A stretch of 64,000 nucleotides of DNA from an uncultured virus (IMG/VR IMGVR_UViG_3300045051_001511) (taxonomy: Duplodnaviria; Heunggongvirae; Uroviricota; Caudoviricetes), in IMG/VR virus record IMGVR_UViG_3300045051_001511; one strand, given 5' to 3'. Made by a program: the position numbers and the translations under genes. The notes beneath the pieces were generated by a model. It was not told the DNA's origin. It was given only the letters and a program-made list of their open reading frames with translations, and searched no databases. Each line of letters begins with the position of its first letter. The stretch's first letter is position 1. This document shows, one piece after another, positions 24,367 through 33,110 of this stretch.

Positions 24367-25400
24367 GCGCTCCCCTCGTCCTCGTCAACGACAGGGCTGC
24401 CGGCATCGCCTCGAAGGCCGAGTATCAGCGCCGCTATGCCGAGGCCCGACGCAAGGCTGCGGCGATGGATATCGCGACGCGCCGGAAGCTCGCCCAGGTC
24501 TACCTAGTCGCAGCCGACGAGGCGGCGAAGGTCATTGCCGACACCCTCGATCGCGATCTCTCTCTGCTCACCGTCGAGCGCTGGCAAGTCCTTCGCGGCA
24601 AGCTCAAGGCCGCGGCCGACGCCCTTGCGACGGGGACGGAGAGCGAGACGCGCGGTCTCCTCTCCCGCGCTATCCCCCTCTTCCCCGAGATCGACGCAGA
24701 TTTCGTCTGGTCCGCCACGAAGCTCGCCGACGCTGGCCGCCGCATCACGAAAGACGGCCTTGGCCGCCTGGTCTCCGCGACGAGCGACAAGGTCATGGCC
24801 TCCCTCGCCTCCCGGCTCTGGGCCGATGGCCAGACTTTCAGCGATCGCGTCTGGGGATCCAATGGCGTCCGTGAGGACTGGCTCGAGCGGATCCGCCTCA
24901 CCGTCGCCGCGGGCATCGCCCAGGGCCGCGACCCCGCGAAGATCGCCCGGGACATCCAGGTATACACGGCCGACGGCAAAGTGGCCCTCGTCGAGCGCTG
25001 GGGCAAGCTCGTGCGCGGGACGCCCGAGTTTGCCAAACGCCTCCCAAGAAACCTCGACTGGCGCGCAACGCGCCTCGTTCGCTCTGAACTCGGCGCATCC
25101 CTCCAGGATGCTTCCGTGCTGTCCGGCGAAGCCAACCCGGGATGTGATGGGCTCTTCGACTGGGTACTCCAGCTCGGGCGCCTGCACTACGGATGCGAGT
25201 GCCCGGACTTGGCCGCCGGCGGGCCGTACAAGCGCGACGAGATCCCGACCTATCCCCATCCCCAGTGCGGATGCTGGATCCGGCCTCACCTGCGCGAGAT
25301 CGCGGTCTTCACGGCCGACCTCAAGCGGTGGGTGCGGGGTGGGAGCGTCGACTATATCGACAAGTGGTATACGGACACCTACAAGAAGGCGGCCGCATGA
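24363..25400 (+). CDS. Head morphogenesis / minor capsid protein (MuF-like)
   Basis: RLVRSE...CECPDLA...PHPQCGC. Confidence 0.75.
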   Translation: MSAPLVLVNDRAAGIASKAEYQRRYAEARRKAAAMDIATRRKLAQVYLVAADEAAKVIADTLDRDLSLLTVERWQVLRGKLKAAADALATGTESETRGLLSRAIPLFPEIDADFVWSATKLADAGRRITKDGLGRLVSATSDKVMASLASRLWADGQTFSDRVWGSNGVREDWLERIRLTVAAGIAQGRDPAKIARDIQVYTADGKVALVERWGKLVRGTPEFAKRLPRNLDWRATRLVRSELGASLQDASVLSGEANPGCDGLFDWVLQLGRLHYGCECPDLAAGGPYKRDEIPTYPHPQCGCWIRPHLREIAVFTADLKRWVRGGSVDYIDKWYTDTYKKAAA

Positions 25401-26779
25401 TGGAGGATTCGATGAAACGAAATCGCATAATCCGCAACGCGGCCATGCCCGATGGCATCGTCGTGCTCAACTACAAGCAGTCCCCCGGAGCGCTCCCCTC
25501 CGCCGAGGAGATCCCGACACTCGTCAATGACAAGGTGCTCGCGGAGATCATGAAGGACGAGAAGGGCGTTCCCGATCCGGATCCCTATTACTCCATCCAG
25601 GCGATCAAGTTCCCCGCTGTAGGCAATGGCCTGCGATACGGGTCCGTGGGCATCTACGAAAAAGCCTTCTTCAATTCCTTCATCAACAAGACCAAGAACG
25701 GACCCATCCCTGGCTCGAAGTTCGGCCATGAGTTCTCGCCCAAGCCGTCCAATGATTTCTACGTGGTCGGGGGGAAGATCGTCATGGACGCCGCCGATCC
25801 CAAGGCCGGGACTGCGTTCTTCAAGATGTACATCCCCGCCAAGGGCTACACGACCGAGAACCATGGATTCATCCGGGATGCCCGCGCCGGTCTCGTGCGC
25901 TACTCGCTCGTGGCCAAACCCGAGTACACGGTCAAGACCAATGGCGCCGGCGTGGAGGAATACCACATAACCGGTTCGCTCGGGTCCGAACGGAACGACG
26001 CCGTCGAGGATGGCGCTATGGACCAGATCGTCAACTCCGCCGACATGTCCCTCGATATTGGTGCCGCAAAAGCGCTCATCGCATCGGGGGCGTTCGATAA
26101 AGACTCCAGGATCAACGGAGAAGCCATCCAGAACGGCATCGTCTATCGTTCCGCGCTGAGGGTCATGCTCTCCCGCGCTAACGAACAGGATCGCCCCGCT
26201 CTCGCTGAGCTCGTCTCCATGATCGACAAATCCAAAGCAAGAAACGGAGGTAATTCCGTGGACAAGGAAGAGGCTCTGAAGCTCATCTCCAACCTCATCA
26301 AAAATGGAGCGGAGAATGTACAGGACGTCGCGAAGGGTCTCGGCATCGATGCCAAGCTCCGCAACGCGCAGGATGATGCGAATGCCGAGACCGTGAAGGC
26401 GCTCAACGCCAAGCTCGGCGACAAGCCCCTCGAGCGCCTCGACGCCATCCTCGTCGAGAACGCCGCAGCCCAGGCCGCCGTCATCGAGAAGGCCGTCGAA
26501 CCCGTCGCGGGTCCCAGGCTCATCGAGAACGCGAAGAAGGAGCCCGTCGAGAATCCGGCGCACAAGTATGCCGCGAAGGCTTGCGAAGGTCTCGCTGGCG
26601 AGGCCCTCAAGAACGCCGTGGAAGCGCTCAAGAAGGATCCGGTCATCATGGCGCTCAACGCACAGAGGGCGGACGGCGAGTCGCCGCTCTACAGGGTCGT
26701 CGAGGGCGGCGCGAAGCCGGTCGCGGCGAACAATGCCGGGGATGGCATCCCCACGATCAGGGTCGGAGGCCAGAAGTAA
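25397..26779 (+). CDS. Prohead protease/scaffold protein
   Basis: Position before capsid genes; GHE and YS motifs; helical C-terminus with internal RBS. Confidence 0.6.
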   Translation: MMEDSMKRNRIIRNAAMPDGIVVLNYKQSPGALPSAEEIPTLVNDKVLAEIMKDEKGVPDPDPYYSIQAIKFPAVGNGLRYGSVGIYEKAFFNSFINKTKNGPIPGSKFGHEFSPKPSNDFYVVGGKIVMDAADPKAGTAFFKMYIPAKGYTTENHGFIRDARAGLVRYSLVAKPEYTVKTNGAGVEEYHITGSLGSERNDAVEDGAMDQIVNSADMSLDIGAAKALIASGAFDKDSRINGEAIQNGIVYRSALRVMLSRANEQDRPALAELVSMIDKSKARNGGNSVDKEEALKLISNLIKNGAENVQDVAKGLGIDAKLRNAQDDANAETVKALNAKLGDKPLERLDAILVENAAAQAAVIEKAVEPVAGPRLIENAKKEPVENPAHKYAAKACEGLAGEALKNAVEALKKDPVIMALNAQRADGESPLYRVVEGGAKPVAANNAGDGIPTIRVGGQK

Positions 26780-27697
26780 ATGGGCAGCACCGTAGCGATC
26801 AGGAAGGAGGAGTCGGATAGCCTCCGTCTCGTCAACACCACGGGCGTGGCCCTGGTAGTCGGCGAGTTCACCGTTATGCGAGGCAAGGGTCTCGTCGCCC
26901 TCGAGGCCATCGGCATCTCGGGCGAGGGCGCCCTCGAGAACGTCTATGACTGCGAGTTCCAGGCAGCGGACTTCGATACCGGCGAGGCAACCTTCGCGTC
27001 CGCCGATCTCGCGGTCTACTGGGACCCGAGTTCGAAGAAGTTTTCCAACGCGGCCACGGTTGGCCACTACCTCATCGGCCACTCCAAGGGTGCCATCGCC
27101 TCCGGCGTCCTCGAAGTCATCGGCTGCGACCCCATCCTCGTCGTCGACAGCGTCGCCACCTTGGCCGCCGCGGTCGAGGACCTCAGCGTGGATGCCGAGA
27201 CGGCCCAGGCCTGCATCCTCGTCCCACTCAACGCGATCAGCCAGGAGGACGGCACCGTCCTGACGAAGCAGGCGACGACCGTTGCCGGTTTCGCGCAGCT
27301 AGCGAACAAGGAAATCGTCATCCAGATCCCGGTGAACTGCTCGGCGGGCGAGAATCTCCAGTTCTCGACCCCGGTCCCCCAGGATCTCGACGATGCGAAG
27401 GACATCACCGTCCACGTCCTCGTGGGCAAGGATGCGGACGCTGACGCGCTGACGCTCGACTGCGAGGTCTATCCCTGCGCCGTCGGCGACACCGCCAATG
27501 CGGACATCCAGGACACGGCCGCCCAGGCGATCACCCAGGCCGCTTCCGAGCTCATCTTCACCTGCGGCGCCGACGGCGTTCTCGCCGCCCCCGGTACCCT
27601 TTCCGTCGTGCTCGCGCTCGGCGGAACCAACGACGGTGACACCGTCTACATCTACGGCGCGTGGGTCGAGTATTCCCGCGTCATCCTGACGGCCTAA
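26780..27697 (+). CDS. Head decoration/cement protein (DUF2190-like N-terminus plus extra domain)
   Basis: VALEAI..GEGAL...VYWD...GHYLIG pattern next to the capsid gene. Confidence 0.55.
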   Translation: MGSTVAIRKEESDSLRLVNTTGVALVVGEFTVMRGKGLVALEAIGISGEGALENVYDCEFQAADFDTGEATFASADLAVYWDPSSKKFSNAATVGHYLIGHSKGAIASGVLEVIGCDPILVVDSVATLAAAVEDLSVDAETAQACILVPLNAISQEDGTVLTKQATTVAGFAQLANKEIVIQIPVNCSAGENLQFSTPVPQDLDDAKDITVHVLVGKDADADALTLDCEVYPCAVGDTANADIQDTAAQAITQAASELIFTCGADGVLAAPGTLSVVLALGGTNDGDTVYIYGAWVEYSRVILTA

Positions 27698-27707
27698 GGA
27701 GAAGGAC

Positions 27708-28910
27708 ATGAAGGTTTTTAACAGCGCCACCGTAGCCGAGGAGCGCAGGGAGAAGGCGAAGACCCTTAACACCGCCTACGCTTTCCGCGGCTCCAAGGAA
27801 GCCAACCTCGAGGGTGGCCGCGAGTTGGCGGTCAGATTCGAGGTCGCGGCCAATGCCGAGGACATGGACCACCTCAGGCATCGGATCATCACGAACCATA
27901 CCCAGGCCGAGCTCCAGCAGATCCTGCGGAACGCCGAGAGCGCTCCGGCGACGGCCGATCTCGAGGCCTTCTTTGGGCGCTTCTTTCTCGACGTCACGCG
28001 CCGAGCTCAGGAGGCACCCGACCTCACGAGCCTCATCGCCATGGAGCAGACGAATTTCAACTTCCCGAAGCTCCTATATCTCAAGGACGTGCTTCCCTAT
28101 ATCGGAGCCATGGAGGACGTCTCCGGCGAGGGCGATTCGGCCCCGCTAATCCAGGCGCAGACCGGCGAAATCGCCACGATGTCTCTCGCTATCAAAGCCG
28201 TCGGCTGGAAGGATTCCCTCGCGAACCGGCTTTGGAACGAGTGGTTCTCGATGGACAAGGTTGTCAAGGCCGCGGTCGATTCCTGGACCGATATGCGCAA
28301 CAAGGCTATCATCGGCGCGATTGTGGCCAGAACCACCGCGAACGCATTCGTCGCCTCCCAGAAGCAGGCTGCGATAACGACCTCGGGCCTGACCTACGAC
28401 GAAAAGGTCTATGAGACCTTGCTCGCGGGGATCAAGGTCCTCCGTGGCCTCCTCGACATCCAGACCAAGCGCAAGATCGCGGTCTCCGAGATCCGCTGGC
28501 TCGGCAACAGCGCGAATACCTGGTCGCTCGAGAATGTCATCCGTGGCCAGCTCAATGGCAACGGCTCGACCGCTCGCATGAGCAACAGGCCCGCCCTCGA
28601 TATCAGCCAGATCGTCGAATACGACAAGGGCATCAACGACGGCAAGGTCCTCGGCAAGAAGACCCTGTCCTTCCCCGGCGTCACCGCCGGCAAGGGCTAC
28701 CTCTACGTGCCCGACTATGCCCTCGTCGCGAACAAACGCCCCTTGACCATGGAGACGGGCATCGGCTCGGTGATCGAGTTCTCCACCGAAGAGCGCTCCT
28801 GGTATTCCGTCCAGGGCGAATACCTCGATTCCCTTCTCGGCAGCTCGGCCGTCACTCCCGCGGGCGGTGCGGCTGGCTATGGCGCCATTGTTGAGGTCAC
28901 CCTTCCCTGA
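27708..28910 (+). CDS. Major capsid protein
   Basis: 400 aa, strong RBS, position, followed by a terminator. Confidence 0.7.
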   Translation: MKVFNSATVAEERREKAKTLNTAYAFRGSKEANLEGGRELAVRFEVAANAEDMDHLRHRIITNHTQAELQQILRNAESAPATADLEAFFGRFFLDVTRRAQEAPDLTSLIAMEQTNFNFPKLLYLKDVLPYIGAMEDVSGEGDSAPLIQAQTGEIATMSLAIKAVGWKDSLANRLWNEWFSMDKVVKAAVDSWTDMRNKAIIGAIVARTTANAFVASQKQAAITTSGLTYDEKVYETLLAGIKVLRGLLDIQTKRKIAVSEIRWLGNSANTWSLENVIRGQLNGNGSTARMSNRPALDISQIVEYDKGINDGKVLGKKTLSFPGVTAGKGYLYVPDYALVANKRPLTMETGIGSVIEFSTEERSWYSVQGEYLDSLLGSSAVTPAGGAAGYGAIVEVTLP

Positions 28911-28929
28911 CCCGTGATCTGAACGAATC

Positions 28930-28961
28930 GGCCGGCCCTCGGGCAACCGGGGGCCGGTTTT
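28930..28961 (+). terminator. Intrinsic terminator after the capsid gene
   Basis: GGCCGGCCCTCGG-GCAA-CCGGGGGCCGGTT followed by T. Confidence 0.7.
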
Positions 28962-28975
28962 GAAGGAGGTACGCG

Positions 28976-29464
28976 ATGGCATCCTGGTCCGACCTTTCCG
29001 AGCTCCGCCTCCGCATCAAGGACCCCTTGGGCGCCATCGCCCTCCTGTCGGTCGCCAACGAGGCAGCCCGCCTCGCCATCACCGCGCCTGCCCGCCAGAC
29101 CGCCTACCTCCAGGCGGACGCAGGCGTCTATTACCTCTTCGACTCTGAGCTCGCTTCCTGGGATGCCCAGGACCTGCTCCTCTCCGATTCCAGGCTCAGC
29201 GTCCTCATCGATCTCTATGGTGTTGCAAAGGCGGCGCCGCGGGCGGTCAAGGACATCATGGCCGAGCTCGGCCGCAAGCTCTATATCGCCAGGACGAGCG
29301 ACGGGGCCGGGTCGACCGACTACCAGAACCTCACGACCATGAAGGACTTCTACAAGGACCTCGCCGCGAGCATGGAAGAGGAGGTCGCTGTCGACGCCGG
29401 GACCTCCACCGGCCGCTACCTCAGAATGCGCCGGCCGTCGGTCGGCGGGGGAATGTGCGGATGA
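28976..29464 (+). CDS. Head-tail adaptor protein
   Basis: Position; ELRLRIKD...LLSD..L pattern. Confidence 0.6.
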   Translation: MASWSDLSELRLRIKDPLGAIALLSVANEAARLAITAPARQTAYLQADAGVYYLFDSELASWDAQDLLLSDSRLSVLIDLYGVAKAAPRAVKDIMAELGRKLYIARTSDGAGSTDYQNLTTMKDFYKDLAASMEEEVAVDAGTSTGRYLRMRRPSVGGGMCG

Positions 29465-30126
29465 CTGCGGCCCTCCTCCAGCTTCGCGCCGGCATCAAGG
29501 CGCACATCGCCGAGGATCCGACGGTCATCATCCCCATGCGCTGCCCGCTCGTCTCCGACGGCTTCGGCGGCCAGGTCCGGATCGGACCGGCCGAGGCGCA
29601 GGGCAAGGCCCGCGTCCGTCTCCAGCATGAGTCCGGCAGCGTCCAGACAAACGGCGTTCGGCCCTCGGGCCTCGACACGGATCTCTCGCTCTATGTCCTC
29701 ACGGATCATCGCTCGCCGCTCGAGGAGGGGGACTCCTTCGACGCGCTGGGGCATATCTGGACCGTGGGACCAATCAACGGTTTCCGACGCCATGGCGGGC
29801 TCTACAAGACCGAGGCGCCGCTGACCAAGGGCACGGCCGTGCCCATCAACATCCCCGGCGACCTCGCAGCCGAGGCCTTGAGCGCCTCCGAGATCGACCT
29901 CTCCTGGACCGACGTCGGCGCGGTCAACACGTATTCCATCGAACGCAAGACCGGGAGCGCCGCCTTCGCCGTCGTCGGGACGGCGGCGGCCGGCGCCCTG
30001 GTCTTCCACGATAGCGGGCTCGAGCCCGCGACGCTCTACGTCTACCGCATCCGCGCCCTCTCGGGCACCGTCTTTTCCGCTTATACCCTCGAGGCTTCGG
30101 CCACCACGGAGGAGCAACCGTCATGA
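29461..30126 (+). CDS. Head closure protein with C-terminal fibronectin type III domain
   Basis: IDLSWTD...YSIERK...DSGLEPATLYVYRIRA. Confidence 0.7.
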   Translation: MTAALLQLRAGIKAHIAEDPTVIIPMRCPLVSDGFGGQVRIGPAEAQGKARVRLQHESGSVQTNGVRPSGLDTDLSLYVLTDHRSPLEEGDSFDALGHIWTVGPINGFRRHGGLYKTEAPLTKGTAVPINIPGDLAAEALSASEIDLSWTDVGAVNTYSIERKTGSAAFAVVGTAAAGALVFHDSGLEPATLYVYRIRALSGTVFSAYTLEASATTEEQPS

Positions 30127-30479
30127 AAGAATTCCTCGCCTTCCTCCAGCATCCAATTGTCGTGGCCCTCCTCACCGCGTTCGCGATGTGGATGGCCGGC
30201 TGGGTAAGGACCTTCCTCGCGAAACGTGTCCGGGTCCAGGGGCCCGAAGCCGAGGCCCTCAAGAAACAGGGCGAGACACTCGAAAAGCTCGTGCCCGCGG
30301 TCAACTGTCTCCTCGAGATGAAGGGGCCGGAAATCGATCTCCTGATAGCCGTTGCGGAGGCAGCCCAGGGCCATAACAACGGGAACGTCACGGCAGCACT
30401 CGAGCGCGCATATCCCGCGCGGGAGGGATTCAAGGTATTCCAGACCAAAGCCGCATGCATCGAGGTACCTAATGGCTGA
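30123..30479 (+). CDS. Single-TM membrane protein
   Basis: N-terminal hydrophobic helix; coupled start. Confidence 0.6.
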   Translation: MKEFLAFLQHPIVVALLTAFAMWMAGWVRTFLAKRVRVQGPEAEALKKQGETLEKLVPAVNCLLEMKGPEIDLLIAVAEAAQGHNNGNVTAALERAYPAREGFKVFQTKAACIEVPNG

Positions 30480-30726
30480 AGGCGAGGAGCTCGTCATTCC
30501 CCTCGGGGATCTTCCTTCCCCCGTCAGGCTTCCGCCCTCGGCTGCTGACGCGAGACCCGGAAGATCTGCGGAAGTCTCTGCCGAGGCGTACATCGTCAAC
30601 CCGATCTTTGGGCGGGAGAGGCTCACGCCCCTCGACGCCCTCCGCGCCATCGGAATCCTCTCCGCGACCCTCGAATCGGACGAGCACTATCGCGGGGTCC
30701 TCTATAATCGGAAGGCGCCCGAATGA
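30472..30726 (+). CDS. Hypothetical protein
   Basis: RBS GAGG; overlaps both neighbours. Confidence 0.45.
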   Translation: MAEGEELVIPLGDLPSPVRLPPSAADARPGRSAEVSAEAYIVNPIFGRERLTPLDALRAIGILSATLESDEHYRGVLYNRKAPE

Positions 30727-31109
30727 CCGATGTTGCCCGTAATCTCGATGCGATATTCGCCCGCAAGCGCGCGGCTGCCTTCGCCCTATGCCTCGCCTAC
30801 GCCGGCCAGATCCTGTCCGAGTTCCGGGTACAGCAGCTCGTCGGGCCGGGCGGCGGATCCTGGATCGATCGCTATAACGGGCGCGGGACGGGGCGCTATT
30901 GGAACAATCAGACCGAGACCGCAGCCAAGACCGTCTTCGCGGACGCCTTTACCGACGGGGACGATATCGGCTTCTTCATCGCCCACCTGGTCGAGTACGG
31001 CGTCTATCTCGAACTCGCGAACGACCGTCGGCATGAGGCCCTCCGGCCGCTCATCGAAAAGTTCTATCCGCTTTTCAAGCGCGATCTGGCGGCGATCTAT
31101 GCTGACTAA
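30723..31109 (+). CDS. Tail completion protein (HK97 gp10-like)
   Basis: WNNQTETA...HLVEYGVYLELAN...LRP. Confidence 0.7.
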   Translation: MTDVARNLDAIFARKRAAAFALCLAYAGQILSEFRVQQLVGPGGGSWIDRYNGRGTGRYWNNQTETAAKTVFADAFTDGDDIGFFIAHLVEYGVYLELANDRRHEALRPLIEKFYPLFKRDLAAIYAD

Positions 31110-31446
31110 AGTCGTGGCCGTCCTTAAGACGGGCAGCGTGAAAAACGTCGTCCCGTTTGGCTCGAAGCTTCCCGTGCCGCCCTATGACGTCGTCAAACCC
31201 GAGATCGTCCCCGGCATCGGAAGGCGCTTTCGCGTGATCGCACATCGCCTCCAGGGCGAGCAGATCCAGCTCGAGGACCACATCCGGGAAGTGATCGGCC
31301 TCCTCGAGGATTTCCAGGCTACGTCGCGGCACGGAGCGGTCAATCGCCTCGGCCGCGTTGAGAGCATAACGGATATCGGCGCTGTGAGCGACGATTCGAC
31401 AATCTCGATGGAGGCGGCCTTCGTTATGCCGACCCACACTTTCTAG
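31099..31446 (+). CDS. Putative tail terminator
   Basis: Size and position before the tail tube gene. Confidence 0.55.
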   Translation: MLTKVVAVLKTGSVKNVVPFGSKLPVPPYDVVKPEIVPGIGRRFRVIAHRLQGEQIQLEDHIREVIGLLEDFQATSRHGAVNRLGRVESITDIGAVSDDSTISMEAAFVMPTHTF

Positions 31447-31455
31447 GAGGTTCCT

Positions 31456-32418
31456 ATGTCCATGAGAGACTCGGGAGCGCGGTACAACTTCGGCCTTAGC
31501 CGCCTTCGCATCCGCGCCCGCAATGACGATCAGACGATCCCGACGCCCGCGAACATGATCGGCGGGGCAGGGCCCTTCGACTTCTCCGGCGCTGCCGCGC
31601 CGGCCGCGGTGACGGCCTTCATCAAGAAAAACGGCGAGGCCGTGAAGTCTTTCACGATCGACCTCGATGACGCCGGGATCACCATCGGCGCCGTCACGGT
31701 CGACCAGCTCGTCTCGGCCATCACGGCGGGCCTGGCCGCGGCGACGCCCGCGATCACCGGCTACGCCGCATCCAAGGTCGCGGCGACAGGCCGGGCCAAG
31801 TTCGTCCTGTCGTCCCCCGCCTCGGGCGATTATGTCCAGGTCTGGGGCGAGGCCTTCGAGCTCGCGATGTTCGGCCAGGGCAAGGGCCTCAAGGCTGTAT
31901 GCTCGGACACCGCGCAGACCATCAACTTCGCGCCCGACGTGAAGGCCGACACGCGCCAGACCGTGACGGACGCGAACATGAAGGACACCGAGGTCATCAT
32001 CGAGGGCTACAAGAAGGGGTGGACGGGGAAGCTCGTCGATACCGTCGAGGACTTCGAGATGATGGAGCTCGTCGAGTCGGGGAGCATCGATACCGACGGA
32101 TCCTATCTCGAGCCCGACTCCTCCACGAAGAAGGTGTCCTTCGAGATCGAGACCTACAACCCGATCTACCAGCGCGGGACGAACCTCGAGGACGAGATCG
32201 TTGGCTGGGAGCATATCCACGCGCTCTCCGTCAAGGGAAGCGTCGGCGAGGATGCGCTCGCGGGCGGTCACCGGGTCAAAACCTACGACCTCGTCGGCGT
32301 CAACTACAAGGACGCGGCCGGCGTCGAGTCCGGCGCTCGCAAGATCTCCCAGCTCGCCCTCACCGCCTGGTCGCCGAAGATCTTCGACGCCATGGTCGCG
32401 GTCGAGCCGGAGGCGTAA
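31456..32418 (+). CDS. Major tail tube protein
   Basis: Strong RBS AGGAGG, position, FGLSRLRI N-terminus. Confidence 0.65.
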   Translation: MSMRDSGARYNFGLSRLRIRARNDDQTIPTPANMIGGAGPFDFSGAAAPAAVTAFIKKNGEAVKSFTIDLDDAGITIGAVTVDQLVSAITAGLAAATPAITGYAASKVAATGRAKFVLSSPASGDYVQVWGEAFELAMFGQGKGLKAVCSDTAQTINFAPDVKADTRQTVTDANMKDTEVIIEGYKKGWTGKLVDTVEDFEMMELVESGSIDTDGSYLEPDSSTKKVSFEIETYNPIYQRGTNLEDEIVGWEHIHALSVKGSVGEDALAGGHRVKTYDLVGVNYKDAAGVESGARKISQLALTAWSPKIFDAMVAVEPEA

Positions 32419-32420
32419 GC

Positions 32421-33110
32421 ATGAAGGGGATATTCGGCCATGGCCGCGCGCGGGAGCTTCATCCCAAGTCGGCTCTCGACGTCATAAACGATGCCGAATA
32501 TCCCCTTGTCGCCACGAAGTGGAAAGGCGTATCCGTCCTCCAGCGGGTGCGCCAGCTTTCCCAGGTCCAGCTCATGGCCTGCGGGAATTTCTCTCTCATC
32601 GACCTGGGCGAGCTTTCGGCCGGTCCTTTCAATTGGGCGCGATGGGTCGAATATGCAGAGCTCAATTACCGGATTCTTCGCGCCTGCCTGGTGGCGCCGA
32701 CCTATGAGGAGTTATTCGCCCTCATCGGGAAGGGGCCCATGGTTCGGAATGCCGAGGCCGCATTCAAGGAGATAGGCGCCCTCCTCCTCGGCCTACCCAG
32801 GGGACCGAAGCGGCAAGAGCTCGAGCGAGAGCGCGACATGCTCCGCTGTACCTTCGACCTCCTCCTCCCTGACGATTACGTCGCGCCCATCATCGCCTAC
32901 ATCGTCGGCGCGGGAAAAACGGATATTGACAAGGTTACGCGCGAAATGCTCCTCACTGCGGCCGCACTGGCCGAGCGCGGGCATGACAATCCAGCGGACC
33001 ATATCGATGGCCTATTCACCCCATTTAACCGAGATGACATCAATCGCCGGGCCTGGGAAGTCCTTGCAGAAGAGCGGGATGAGCATACCCGGAAAAGGGC
33101 GAGACTATGA
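32421..33110 (+). CDS. Putative tail assembly chaperone
   Basis: Between tail tube and tape measure genes. Confidence 0.55.
   Translation: MKGIFGHGRARELHPKSALDVINDAEYPLVATKWKGVSVLQRVRQLSQVQLMACGNFSLIDLGELSAGPFNWARWVEYAELNYRILRACLVAPTYEELFALIGKGPMVRNAEAAFKEIGALLLGLPRGPKRQELERERDMLRCTFDLLLPDDYVAPIIAYIVGAGKTDIDKVTREMLLTAAALAERGHDNPADHIDGLFTPFNRDDINRRAWEVLAEERDEHTRKRARL

Noticed and set aside
25379..27082. Long minus-strand ORFs (also 2020..3006, 9352..10416, 21402..22703, 31075..32271)
   Set aside because: Shadow frames of GC-rich plus-strand genes with strong codon bias.
32421..33110. Programmed frameshift in the tail chaperone (GGGAAAA near 32912)
   Set aside because: The ORF already runs in frame up to the tape measure start, so no frameshift is needed.
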